A DNA stretch of 64,000 bases, from NCBI GenBank assembly GCA_951406725.2, contig OX597815.1:26660001-26724000 (forward strand), read 5' to 3'. Made by a program: the position numbers and the translations under genes. This DNA comes from Octopus vulgaris. Lineage: Eukaryota. The notes beneath the pieces are model-generated. The model was not told where the DNA came from. It saw nothing but the letters and a program-made list of their open reading frames with translations, and ran no database searches. This document shows, piece by piece, positions 38,671 to 51,300 of the stretch. Every line of letters starts with the position of its first letter. Position 1 is the stretch's first letter.

Positions 38671-38982
38671 AAGAGTTTATTTTTTTTAATATGTAAAATA
38701 TGATATGAAAAATATTTTTAAAAATCATGAAGATGTGAACTTTTTGTTTTTACAAAAAAGGGAAAAACTGCCCAAAATAATGTCTAAATGCAACCACTTG
38801 ACTTCAGGGATGAGTAAGCATTGTACCTCATTTTATCATTCTCTTAATTTCATTCGTTTCTTTTTATTTTTTTCTTCCTTGCTTGATTTCTTTTTGTATC
38901 TTTTATTTCCCCGATTATATGTTTTGTACTGTCTTGTAATGTGTAACCTCTATATTTAGCCCCTTGTGGGCAATAAAAAATC
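38670..38982 (+). mobile_element. LINE 3' end (L1/Tx1-like UTR and tail)
   Basis: T-rich UTR ending TTTAGCCCCTTGTGGGCAATAAAAAAT immediately before the TSD; clade assignment tentative. Confidence 0.5.
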
Positions 38983-39379
38983 GAGGACGTTGGTGTTGCC
39001 TTGGCGGAGGTTTGCGCTCTCTGGGTGCTCTTATTATTATTTAAATGTGCTCTAGAAGAATATTTGCATTTTGAGTCATTGTTCTCACTATTCACGTATG
39101 TATGTAGCAACTTTTCACTTGAAATACTGTCACCTGATTACTGAAGCACATTCCTTCGTTTTCATTATTATATTAGTCTTTTCTGACAGTTATCGTACAA
39201 TTTATTTTTGCAATTCTTCCGTTCCGAGTTTACACACGGTCAAGAAAATTTTTAATACCTTTGCCTCCATTAAGAGCTTAAGGTACCGACTTGAGTTCTC
39301 CATCTGTCTTGATCTTTTGCAGCTATCCCTAGGTGTAGCCACCCGCTAGTGCTTTTAACATCATGATCAGATAATGCAT

Positions 39380-39870
39380 TGGTGAGATAAAAGATTTGTC
39401 CAAAAAGCATGTTTTTTTTTTTGTTTCTTAAGTAATGGAAAATTGAAGGCAATAGAAATGCTGTGATGTTCACATATAAATCTTGCAGATGTTAAAAAAT
39501 AAATGAAATGAGTATTGCTGATTTTGTGGCTGAAATAAAACTGAAATTGGTAGATTATGGCTTCGGTTATGTAAATTATAAGATCAGAGACAGATTATGG
39601 ACACATAATGATAACATGCAACATGAAATGAACTCAGCACCAGAAAGAGAAAAAATTATCTTTGAAGATTTCTTGGGAGAGACTTTAAAAGCTCTTCAAA
39701 TTAGCCGAGAGGAAAGCCTGAAAATAATTGTATTGATTCTTTGCAGAGAAAACAAATTATATTGAACAGGGAGTGAAAGTAAAATTGCTGCTGTGTTAGA
39801 TCACTTGAAACAAAAATGAAACAATGGATAAGTTGGCAAAAGTGAGAATCGTCATCATTTTATCATTTCC
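39380..39870 (+). mobile_element. Degenerate Gypsy (Mag-like) gag fragment
   Basis: ESIADFVAEIKLKLVDYGFG...IRDRL...NMQHEM resembles the ESxxxFxxxLxxLAxxCxFG...IRDRL motif of Mag/Gypsy Gag. Confidence 0.45.
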
Positions 39871-40399
39871 TTTTTCACACATGTATGAAATCAGAAAATA
39901 AGGAGAAGGAAATGTACATTACTAAGTTATGGCTAAAATGTGAGGGAGACAAAGATGGACAAGCATTGACGGCAAACATGAGAAGGTATTGGAGATGTGG
40001 TATGACAGTCCTGAGAAACAGTTCAGGAGAGGGAGAGATACATGAAAGCATAGAAGGTGGGGGTGGGCAGCAGAAAACAGTGGGAAGAATGATACTGTGA
40101 ACAAGGGATGGATTTTAAAAGTGTTTCCAGGGAGACAGCACACTAGGAGTACAAAGGGAGAAGAAATATGTGCAGGTTCTGATGTCATAAGATTACAGTA
40201 TCTGAATGGTGTTATTGTTAGAGGAATAATGGAGGGATGGATGTTAGGAAGAAGAGAGTGAGGAAAGTCTGAAGGAGACTGATGGGAATAGGAGCAGGGC
40301 TTTGTGAGTGCAGAGATATAAACCAAATACTTTTAGGACCTTATTTTTGCTATGAAAGTCAGGTTTTGCTGAACACAGCAAAACACTAAGCATCTCATG

Positions 40400-41060
40400 T
40401 CTTTTGTTATCTCAACCATGAGACTAACATTTTGAGATTTGCCTTCACTACTTTGTCCTAAACCTTCCTGGATCTCCCACATCTAAGTGGTTGACACTTC
40501 TTTGTACAACTGCCATGATCTACATGTATTATATGATCATACTTACACATTACATCTGATTCCCTCCCTTTGTGCCCAATTTTTCTCTCCACACATTTGC
40601 AATTTCTTTTGCACATGCACACTGATGGTGCACACCATTCAGAGCTTTGAAGCATACTAGCTTCGTTCCTTACTAGTCTTTGCATGTCCTCTGCATTCAC
40701 AACTTACTACTACATAGCATTACTGTTCATATACAAATATCATACAATCTACCTTTCACTCTAAAGGCAGCTTTTCTTACCCCCAGAGGTTAACAACTTC
40801 CTACCTCTAGGGAACCTCCTGGGCATCTGAAGCAATTTATTTTGCTTCCACAACTGGAATTTCTTTTCTTGCTCTACTACATATTTAACTGAGATCATCA
40901 GCATTTAGTCATTCTTAAATTCCTCTGTTATGACCTTGAGTACTATAATGAGTAGTAGGGAATTGAGAACCAAGCCCTGGTGAACTCATATGAACACAAA
41001 AATTGTAGCTAACTCTCACTTAATTGAGAGCATCTCTGTATATGGCTTGTTTTTGTTTTC
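40400..41060 (-). mobile_element. Degenerate RTE-clade LINE RT fragment
   Basis: VHQGLVLNSLLLIIVLKVITEEFK (GVHQGSVLSPLLF-like) and ORF 40458-40700 NAEDMQRLVRNEASML. Confidence 0.7.
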
Positions 41061-41397
41061 TTTTTCCTCTCATATTACCATTCTCTAAAATCTTTTTTTG
41101 TACATGACAAAAAAATAAAACAAATTTATTAAGCTGCTAAAAATATCAAACCAATATTTATTAATTTTTTCACCCCCAAATTAAAGTATGTTTGTGTTTA
41201 TGACAAACTGAACAACTCATGGCAGTTCTGTTTTTTTTTCCCATTAAGATGTTTTGACTCATGGACAGAAAAAAAATGACTCGCCACCAAAGGAAGAAAT
41301 ATTCACTTAATTAGAAAATGTACACACAAAAATAGAAATCAATATAATTCCTATCAAATTGAATTTTCCAGCTATCTGTCACTTCAAGACGCCAAGA

Positions 41398-41657
41398 TAT
41401 AATAATAATAATAATAATGAAATTATTGTATACAGTGCTCAGGTGCACCACAACTTGTCAGAAAGTGCATATAAAGTACATGCAGTAATGTAGGAAAGTG
41501 AACAGTGTATGAGTCAGATACATGCTTGTGTGTGTATGGAGGGGAGAAAATCAAGTGTAGTGTTGGCGAATCTCAGGAAGCATGGAAGTTTTGAAGGATG
41601 CAGTGCTCCGACAACTAACAACCGATGCCGGCAGTTTGTTCCATGCTTCAGCAACTA
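41398..41657 (-). mobile_element. CR1-type LINE 3' end
   Basis: Minus-strand VAEAWNKLPASVVSCRSTASFKTS (WNxLP..FK motif), then UTR and (ATT)n tail. Confidence 0.8.
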
Positions 41658-42069
41658 ACAATCCATTATGTTTCAGGTTAGTGTATCAATATTCCTTGAC
41701 AAAATTTCCACCCATTACCCAAAAGAAATTTTCAATTAGAAAACAGAGAAAAACAAATAGAAATATATCATTTTAGAAAATGTGTTGGGACAAACCGTTG
41801 CTATGATAGAGAGAAGAGAAAGCAAGAGAGTCGGTTCAATACTTCATTTCTTCAAATTAAAAATATCCTTCTCTACATTTCAAACAACTGAAATTAACAG
41901 TAACCATGCAACAACAGATAACTAGAGTCTGGACAGCTCCTGTCAAACCATCCAACCTATGCCAGCATGGAAAACAGACATTAAATGATGATGATACCCA
42001 CTCATGTAAGATTTTTATATTTTTAGCAGTTCAAGGAACCACAAGCAACTTTAAAAATTCTGTTCATGA

Positions 42070-42420
42070 CAGGCACAATTGTGGTAAAAAGCTTGCTTCC
42101 CAACCACATGGTTCCAGGTTCGGTTCTACTACATGGCATCTTGGGCAAGTGTTTTCTACTATAGCCCTGAGCCAGCCAAAGCCCTGTGAGTGGATTTGGT
42201 ATAAAGAAACTGAAAGAAGAAAATTGTGTATATAAATATATATGTATGCGTTTTGTGTCATTGCATGTGTTTGTACCCCAGTACTGCTTGATAACTGGTG
42301 TTGGTTTGTTTACGTCCCCATTAGGTAAGAGACCAACAGAATAAGCACCAGGCTTTAAAAAAGTACTGGAGTCAATTCATTCAACTAAAACCCCTGCATG
42401 GTGGTATCCCAGCAAAGCTG
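42070..42420 (+). mobile_element. SINE family B, diverged
   Basis: Homology to 21436-21854. Confidence 0.8.
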
Positions 42421-42592
42421 GTGGAATTCTGATTTAATCACCCCATAGAACTTGTTTTATTTTTTGGAATTTTCAGAAACTTTTTGTGAAATTGTGTTCT
42501 ACACACAGGAGTTCATAAACAAATTTTTTAAAAATTGCAAAATATGGAAAAGTTATTGGGGGTTGCAGGGGGTGATTAAACCAGAATTCCAC
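42421..42592. mobile_element. Small MITE
   Basis: IR GTGGAATTCTGATTTAATCACCCC / GGGGTGATTAAACCAGAATTCCAC; related sequence at 42600-42802 and 44145-44250. Confidence 0.7.
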
Positions 42593-42934
42593 TAAGTTTT
42601 TTTTTTTATGCTTAAATCCCAGCAATGGACTGACCTTGGACACAGTATTCCATTCAATGTGTTTATGGAGAGAAAGCTATTTCTTTGCATAATCATGTGA
42701 ATTACCATATGTAGGACACAAATTCACAAACATTTTCTGAAAAACCCAAAAGATAAAGCATTTAAGAAAAGTTATATGGTGTGCTTAAATCAGAATCCCA
42801 CTGAGGGTGAACAGGGCCTATGTCTGTTCAAGACCGCTGAAACAGATGAGAGGAAGTTATCTTCTGAACAGGCAAGAGGTCAGGTGTTCATGGAATTAGG
42901 AGACCACTCAAGGAATATAGATGTAGAGCGTCGC

Positions 42935-43197
42935 CTTACTGGCACCTGTGCCAGTGGCATGTGTAAAAAGATTTGAGCGAAGTCATTGCTAGTACCGCCT
43001 GACTAGCCCCTGTGCCGGTGGCACGTAAAAAGCACCCACTACTCTCTCGGAGTGATTGCGTTAGGAAAGGCATCCAGCTGTAGAAACTCTGACAGATCAA
43101 GATTGGAGCCTGGTGCAGCCATCTGGTTCACCAGCCCTCAGTCAAAATCGTCCAACCCATGCTAGCATGGAAAGCGGACGTTAAACAATGATGATGA
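42935..43197 (+). mobile_element. RTE-related SINE or non-autonomous element 3' part with (GAT)n tail
   Basis: TAAAAAGCACCCACTAC..GTTAGGAAAGGCATCCAGCTGTAGAAAC..CCAACCCATGCTAGCATGGAAAGCGGACGTTAAACAATGATGATG; homologues at 41925-41995, 51810-52015 and 63863-64000. Confidence 0.8.
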
Positions 43198-43297
43198 AAA
43201 CATTTGTTGATGCAGCAAAGGTCTCAGCTATTGTACTGTCAGTGTGACTGAGGAGTAAAATCCATCATTAACACAACCACTAATATAAATTACAATT

Positions 43298-43690
43298 TAT
43301 CATCATTATCACTTAGTATCTGTTTTCCATGCTGGCATGGGTTAAGCAATCTGATCAGAGCTGGTAAGCAGCAGCAGGCTTCGGTCTGTTATGGCTTGGT
43401 TTCCATGGCCGGATGCCCATCCTAACACCAACTACCTCACAGTGTGTACTGGGTGGCTTTTACATGTCACCAACACTAGCCATGACAATTATTTCACTTA
43501 GCTTTATGTGTCTTCTCAAGCACAGCAAATCGCCAAAAGGTCTGTTACTTGTCATCTTTGTGGGACTCAACATCCAAAGATCATATTTCACCACCTCATC
43601 CCACATCTTCTTGGGTTTATTCTTTCCACAGGTTCCTTTCACAGTTAGAGATCAGCACTTCTTTACAGAGCTATCCTCTTCCATACATGT
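43298..43690 (-). mobile_element. RTE LINE 3' end
   Basis: ORF 43460-43642 GTCGKNKPKKMWDEVVKYDL (GRPRKTW motif), then UTR and (GAT)n tail. Confidence 0.75.
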
Positions 43691-43842
43691 GAGATAATTT
43701 CTTTTCTGAGACAGTTCTATATGATCTGAAATACTTTTAAGGAATTCTGAAGTGACAAGAATCGAAATTAGAGTCTGTGTGAGATTGTCTCCATAGAATC
43801 AGTTCCATATGGATCAACAAACGAGTTTTGTGCAATGTAATT

Positions 43843-44079
43843 CCAGTACTTATCCTATCAGCCTCTTCAGATAAAGCACTAAGTTATGGGGATGTAAATA
43901 AACAAGCACTGGTTGTCAAGTCATGGTGAAGGACATATACATATGTAATGGGCTTCTTCCAGTTTCCATCTCCCATGTCCACTGACAAAGCTTTGCTTGA
44001 CTCAAGGCACCACACAGTGGGACTGAACCTGAAACCATATTAGCTGGGAAGTAATCGTCTTTCCCATACAGTCATGCCT
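43843..44079 (-). mobile_element. Old SINE family B
   Basis: Diverged homology. Confidence 0.7.
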
Positions 44080-44329
44080 GCTCTATGTGACACAGCTACA
44101 CCTAGGGTCTCAGCCCAATGACTGAAACAAGACAAAAGGGCTGACCTCTGATTTAAGCCCCCCCTCCCCCACCGTAACACCTCAATTTTTTATTTTTGGG
44201 AATTTTCATAAAATTCTTACAAATTTGTGTTCTACACACAGGAATTTTTTTTTTCGTCTTTTTAATCCTCACCCCATTTCAATCCTAAAATTTCAACTCT
44301 TTTCGAGATTTTGTTTTGGTCAATATAAA

Positions 44330-44665
44330 GGGTATCACTTAAGAAAAGTGGTCCCGGTGTGCGCACTCGCGCTAGCTAGTCGTGACTAGTAGATCCTACG
44401 ACTACCTAGCAAAGTAAATAAAACACAAAATAAATATTTTTGGCGATGTTACGGTTATAAGTACCGGTGTACTTCCGGAAGTACCGGATACATTTCAAAA
44501 AAGTGTTTGTTTTTTTTTATATATGGGGGGGGTTAGGGGGTGCAGAAAAGGGTTTCTGTTATCTTCAGAAATGTAAACAAATTCACGTGTGTACATATAC
44601 CAAAGCATCGCCACATACCCTAACCCGGTACTACTAGCGAAGACTGGACCCGGTGCATGTGATAT
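44330..44665. mobile_element. CpG-rich putative non-autonomous DNA element
   Basis: Begins GGTATCAC..GTGGTCCCGGT and ends GGACCCGGTGCATGTGATAT; the start resembles the element at 63379. Confidence 0.4.
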
Positions 44666-44723
44666 ATTCTTTTAGTTTTCATATTCTTTAGTTTTTAATC
44701 ATGTGTGTGTGTGTGTATATACA

Positions 44724-45045
44724 CATCATCATCATCATTGTTCGACCGTGGTCGAGACAATGGAATTTACCATGCTACGCCAGACTTCACGGTCCATCAT
44801 GGCATTACGGAGGTCCTGTTGCTGGATGCCTGTATCCCTGGAGATTACATCAGGGTAGGAGAGTGTGCGCCCTCTGGTATTGCGAGTAGATTGCTTCCAG
44901 AGGAGAAGAGTAGAAATTACCACTTTTTCAGCTCTACAACAATGTCCAGCAAACTGGACTCTCCTACCTTTCACAAGAGATGACACAAGTGGTAGTTTCC
45001 CATATATTTGCATTTTGGTTGGATGGCGCCTCCACGAGAGATTTT
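44724..45045 (-). mobile_element. Young RTE-clade LINE 3' end
   Basis: Uninterrupted ORF 44735-45013 RRVQFAGHCCRA..LLLW..GR..SYPDVISRDTG..MMDREVWR, then a (TGA)n tail. Confidence 0.85.
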
Positions 45046-45118
45046 ATGTTTTTATGTGTGATATATTCTTTTACTAGTTTTTAGTTTTTGGACAGCATCC
45101 ATAGTAGGTACATCATTC

Positions 45119-45121
<3 letters not shown>

Positions 45122-45175
<54 letters not shown>

Positions 45176-45178
45176 CTG

Positions 45179-45211
<33 letters not shown>

Positions 45212-45418
45212 ATGTATATATGTGTGTGTGTGTGTATATGTGTATATATGTGTGTATATATGTGTGTATATACATGTGTGTGTATGTGAGTATATATATG
45301 TGAGTATATATATGTGTGCGTGTGTATATGTGCGCATATGTGTGTCTGTGTATATGTATGTGTGTGTATATATGTAAGTGTGTGTGTGTATGTATATATA
45401 TATATATATATATATATG
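45122..45418. repeat. Complex (AT)/(GT) microsatellite
   Basis: Direct inspection. Confidence 0.97.
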
Positions 45419-45609
45419 AGAAAGAGAGAAGAAACAAAACATCCTTAAGATGATAAGGAATGGAAAGTTGATATCGATTGATGGATTTGATAAGATGAAG
45501 ATATTTTGGTAACAGTTCATTACACATGTGTATCCGTGTGTAAGAATGTCTGAGCGAGAGAGGAGAGCATATTACAGCATTCCATGAAGTGTTTTGTTTT
45601 TTTGGTGAG

Positions 45610-46300
<691 letters not shown>

Positions 46301-46395
46301 GGTAAATCATTCTCTTCTAAGTGTAAAAAATGTATTCATTCTGGGGAAAAAATGATGACTGATACATTTTGGAAATCATTCTCGGAACCAGTAAT

Positions 46396-46824
46396 TTTGA
46401 TATCGGAGATTACAATTCAGCAAAATTATATTTTTTAATTTCTATTATCCCCAATTTTTTTGCTTATTTTACAGTTGACAAGACACGCTGTCATGCACAA
46501 AACGACAGCTTCCAAATCCTGTTTTCTAATTGGGTGAAAATGATCAAACTTTAAACCTCTATAACTTTTTAAAAGCATTTTTCTGGAAAAAGTGAAGCAA
46601 CTTCAGCAATTAAGCTTGAATGTTTTCAAAAAGTTATAGAGGTTTAAAGTTTAATAACTTTCACCCAATTCGGACAGAGGATTTGGAAAAATGTCATTTT
46701 ATGTGTGACAGTACATCTTGCCAACTGTAAACAAAGCAAATCAATTGGTGAGGGAAGAGATCGAAATTTTAAAAAAAAATTTTTTTTTTTTTTTTTTGCT
46801 AAATTGTGATCTCCAATATCGAAA
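46396..46824. mobile_element. Foldback MITE inserted into decayed zinc-finger repeats
   Basis: Termini GATATCGGAGATTACAATT / AATTGTGATCTCCAATATC; internal arms AAACTTTAAACCTCTATAACTTTTT / AAAAAGTTATAGAGGTTTAAAGTTT. Confidence 0.8.
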
Positions 46825-46899
46825 ACATAGGAATATGAAGAAGTATAAAAAACAAATAATAACAGGTTGGAAAGTTACAGAGTGAGGGGTAATTCCGAA

Positions 46900-47365
46900 G
46901 TACAGAAAACCCATATCGTTGTGATATCTGTGGTGAATCATTCTCTGAAAAGAGTAACTTAACTAAACACAAGCATACACTTACAGGAGAGAAGCCATAT
47001 CATTGTGATATTTGTGGTAAATCATTCTCTCAAAGGGGTCTCTTCACTAATCACAGATACATTCATACAGTGCAGAAAACCACATCACTGTGATATCTCT
47101 GGTAAATCATTCTCTCAAATAAGTGCCTTAACTAAACAAATGGACACATGCAGGAAAGAAGCCATAACATTGCAATAGCTGTGGTAATTTGATTTTTGAA
47201 AATGGTGTTTTAACTATACATTTTCATACCACACAAAATCTACATCATGGTCAAATCTGTTGTAAATCATTCTCTCAGATCTAACTTAACTGTAAATGAA
47301 TGCATTCCTACAGGAGAGAAGCCAGGTCAGAGTGACATCTGTGCTAAACCATTCTCTTGAAAAAA
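46900..47365 (+). pseudogene. Decayed C2H2 fingers continuing ZNF-0
   Basis: [46 protein letters not shown], then frameshifted fingers. Confidence 0.8.
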
Positions 47366-47930
47366 GCTACATCCATACACCTGGGTATTCACAACAATCG
47401 TAACTGTACCAATGTCAGAATTTATTAAAACATTACAACTATTAAGTCTGTTTTGTCAGCTGTCATGCAGGGTTTTTTCCCATCATCAATTTGAATACCA
47501 TCAGTGTGAACCTCAAACCTCATCATCTGTAAAAATATTGACTCTGAGTTAACTTGATTGCTAAAAATGCCTGTGCTTGGATTTTGAGGAATTTGCTACA
47601 AAAGAATAATGAATAAAAAATCAGAATAAAAGTTAGACCATTTTGTGTTTGTTTTGTTACTCAATATCTAGACACTGTTTTCCGAACCACAAAAAAAGGT
47701 TTTGTGACATATTAAGTAGGTCACCAGAATTCATTCAATAAAAAGAAAAAATTTCAAGTGATTTCGGGATGGGGTGCGATTTCTCACCCAACCCTTTTTT
47801 CCGAAAAAAGAATTAGGGTTTTGCAGCATATTAAGAGGTCATGGTACGTGATTCTCCACAATAAACCCGAGATTTTTTTTTTCTCGTTGAAAGTTTTGAG
47901 GGTGAAAGAATCAAAATTGGCCCCAGTGAG

Positions 47931-47946
47931 TAGCGCCATCTATAGG
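47931..47946 (-). promoter_or_regulatory. CTCF-like motif (repeated at 52790, 59119 and 63216; degenerate at 57284)
   Basis: Minus strand CCTATAGATGGCGCTA compared with the CTCF consensus CCASYAGRKGGCRS. Confidence 0.4.
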
Positions 47947-49727
47947 AGAAGTTATGTAAGGGGAAACAACTCCAGCAGCACTTGATCTTCAGGCCAATTG
48001 AATTATTAATTACGTTGATTAATTAATCATCACTGACTCGTTGTTTATATCTGGATCGGGTAAGTTGAGCAAGATTTCCTTTAAGACTGTAATCATGATA
48101 ATAATACTACTAATGATAATGGAAGATAATAGATTTATGTGAACTTCTCTCAATGTTAGAGCAATTATTTCGAAGCGGGAACCTGACAACAATTAGGAAA
48201 ATAGATTTGTTCGTCTGAATAACTTCCAAACTGAAATGTTAATCTGTTGTTTATGGGAACCTATAATCCACTCATACATGTGGTATAAAGGAAATTAAGG
48301 GTAATGTTGACGTTGTTACCCGGAGAGGCAATCGAGAAAAAGAAATAGTGCAACGGGTATAAAAGAAAAAGGTGTAGAAAAGAAATCTGAAGAGAAAAAT
48401 ATGCAGAAAGCAATGAGGGTGAGAGGCCTTCGGAAAATTGACAAGATCCGAAGGTTTCCCTCGTAACTTTTAGGGAAATGGTTTTTTTGTAAATGAAAAT
48501 TTATATGAATACGTTTCAAACGGTATAGGTCACGATTATAAAGAAATTTGTGGGGAAAATGTTTTGCGATGGTGTCAGCAGAGGACTTCGGTAAATCCGA
48601 TGTTTTTCCCTCGTAACTTTGAGGAAAATATAATCCTTTTGAAATAACAAATTAAGTTTTTCCTCAGGAACTTGTATGCTAAACATCCTTTACTCAAGAT
48701 TCATTCGTTAGTCCCCCTTTCGTTATAACACATGCTGTTAACTATAAACACATGAAATATTATCACTTATAATACACTTTCTTGATGCACATACATATTT
48801 CTTCTCTGCATTTGAATGGAATGTAGATAATAAAATCAATGTGGCAGCTTAAACTTGAGAAAAGCCTTGAATATTTATAACGCACAAGTTATAGATGCAT
48901 GTGTGTGTTTTCGGCTAGGGTTCCTTCGTAACTGCTTCATTTGTGTATGTAAATTTCTGAATGCATTTATTAAGAAATAAAATAGTAAATTTAAATAATA
49001 AAAGAAGCATGCTAGGAAAGATCACTAATAATTGAGTCATGAATTCTTACCCTCTCTGTAGGATTATATGAACCATTCGAAGTTACAGTAATCACATAGA
49101 AACATTAAGAAAATATGCTTCCTTGTCTTAGATATCTCAAACATTGATGTTTCTTTTAAAGTGATGACTAAACGAATTTAGAGTGTAAAACATTTATGTC
49201 GTTATGCCATTCTTTCAATGCCTCAATTAACTCTGACCCCTAAAAACATTTAATAGATGACAATGTTAAATTTTGCAACGTTGAATTAGTGTATCATCTA
49301 ACTATTCTCTTTATCTTGATGTTTCTTTTCCTATTTCAGAATATCACCTTATGTTGACACACAAGAAACCTCTTCATTCAGATGTGCCTTTCATATTTTG
49401 ACGTCGTTTCATCAACTAAAGCAAGATGACATGATTTATCTGCAGCATTCATCAATACATCAAAATTTATATGAATACAATATTCTTCATGTCTTCACTG
49501 TTTGGAATGTAGAGGAAGTGATTGCCTTACAGGTTAATTAAGGTGGGATAGCTTTACAAACGAGTTGACGATTTTCTATCAGCTGATTTAGATATTATGA
49601 TCACAGATGAAAGAAAGATAGCTCCAAATTCTTTTCTAGAAAGAGTGGCAGAACTGAAAACAAAGATGTTTATAGAGATGAAGGAAACATTATTATTGTG
49701 ATATGTATAATAAATTATTCTTTCACA

Positions 49728-50465
49728 ATGAATAATTTAACTGAAGCAAAAAGCGATGATACAAGAGTGAAGCAATGTTTCTGTGATATTTGTGGTAAAT
49801 CCTTCAATTATAATGGTCACTTGACTACTCACAGACGTATCCATACAGGAGAAAAGCCATTTCATTGTGATATTTGTGGTAAATCATTCTGTCGAAGCGG
49901 CGACGTGACTAGACACAAATTTACACATACAGGAGAAAAGCCATATCATTGTGATGTCTGTGGTAAATCATTCTCTCAAAGGAGTACCTTGACTCAACAC
50001 AAAAGTGTTCATACAGGAGAGAAGCCATATCGTTGTGAAATCTGTGGTAAATCATTCTCTAAAAGGAGTGAATTGACTAGTCACAAACGTACACATACAG
50101 GAGAAAAGCCATATCATTGTGATATCTGTGGTAATTCATTCTCTCAAAGGAATAGCTTCACTCAGCATAAATATGTACATACAGGAGAAAAGGCATATCA
50201 TTGTGAAATTTGTGGTAAATCATTCTCTATAAAGAGTAATTTGACTCGACATAAATATGCACATACAGGAGAAAAGGCATGTCATTGTGAAATCTGTGGT
50301 AAATCATTCTCTATAAGGAGTAATTTGACTCGGCATAAATATACACATACAGGAGAAAAGCCATATCATTGTGATATTTGTGGTAAATCGTTCTGTCGAA
50401 GCAATGACGTAACTAGACACAAACGTGCACATACAGGAGAAAAGCCATATCATTGTGATATCTAG
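49728..50465 (+). CDS. C2H2 zinc-finger protein ZNF-A, 8 fingers
   Basis: Tandem CxxC..HxxxH with TGEKP linkers; acceptor TTTCAG at 49334-49339; ninth finger cut by a 2-nt loss that creates TAG. Confidence 0.85.
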   Translation: MNNLTEAKSDDTRVKQCFCDICGKSFNYNGHLTTHRRIHTGEKPFHCDICGKSFCRSGDVTRHKFTHTGEKPYHCDVCGKSFSQRSTLTQHKSVHTGEKPYRCEICGKSFSKRSELTSHKRTHTGEKPYHCDICGNSFSQRNSFTQHKYVHTGEKAYHCEICGKSFSIKSNLTRHKYAHTGEKACHCEICGKSFSIRSNLTRHKYTHTGEKPYHCDICGKSFCRSNDVTRHKRAHTGEKPYHCDI

Positions 50466-50504
50466 TAAATCATTCTCTAAAAGGAGTAACTTGACTAAGC
50501 ACAG

Positions 50505-51300
50505 AGCATCTCTACAGAATTCTGGTAACAAAAGGATTGAAGGAAATGAATGTATTTATTCTGAAACAAGACATATTTTGAGAACAATTCTATCAGATGA
50601 CATGTGTATAAACAATGTCAGTAAAACAAATCTTTGAATCAATCACAGTTTAATTTTGTAGAACTTCCAAATATACAATGTTTTCAGTTTGTCCTTAAAT
50701 TGGGATAGAAATAAAAAGAGTTTCGGGACTTCCAACTTGCGAACATCCTACATATAATTGCCCATGAAAGAAGCAAGGTTAAGTCCAAGAACCTTGAGAT
50801 TTGTTTATGAGCATAGCAAAACTTAGTTTCACTGGGAACTGGAGCCATTTAAATTCATAGGGGCGATAAAATGGGACTAATGGGTTCCGTGGAATGAAGA
50901 CATCCTCACCTTTATATTTCCCAGTGATAATTGCTGCCTCTAGGACATGGGGTTCCATTGCTCTCACTACCATTCTGGTGCCATTGCAGAGGTGAGGTGA
51001 ATCCAGATTCCTGAGCAGCATGATCGGGGCCCTTCCTTTGTAAGTGTTAAATTGTGAGGTGGCATTCTAGATGCTTGTTGAGAGTTCAGGAACTCAGTTA
51101 GAAAAACCACAGCTTGGTTCTGATCAATGAATGTTGATGGATTTGAAAGACAATTCTTGTCCTGGCAACAGCTTCAAGAGATACCATTTGATTTTGTTGA
51201 CAGCATTATTACATGGAGCTAATTCACATAGCCATTGACTGTTGCTAAAGTTTTGTGCAATGTTTGGAAGCAAGAATTTTCAGATCGTTGAGAGTTGGTA
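50505..51300 (-). mobile_element. Helitron Rep-helicase (PIF1-like) C-terminal fragment, copy A
   Basis: EFLNS..PPHNL..IMLLRNLDSPHLCNGTR..VFIPR..QFPVKLSFAMLINKSQG..FHGQLYVGCS; frameshifted. Confidence 0.88.

Larger units (their letters stand above)
37641..39032 (+). mobile_element. Helentron-associated (HINE/DINE-1-like) element split by a 1-kb insert
   Basis: 5' subTIR ACCTCCGCC with adjacent IR GGCGGAGGT, GTTT/GTCC tract, 3' subTIR GGCGGAGGT plus small stem-loop GCGCTCTCTGGGTGC; insert 37978-38982 flanked by GAGGACGTTGGTGTT. Confidence 0.72.

Noticed and set aside
38077-38696. GC-rich island with overlapping ORFs suggesting a promoter or gene
   Set aside because: Lies inside a TSD-bounded insertion and shows frameshifted LINE ORF2 motifs
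50779-51021. Host PIF1 helicase gene
   Set aside because: Frameshifted, intronless fragment with Helitron-type motifs, inserted in a ZNF array
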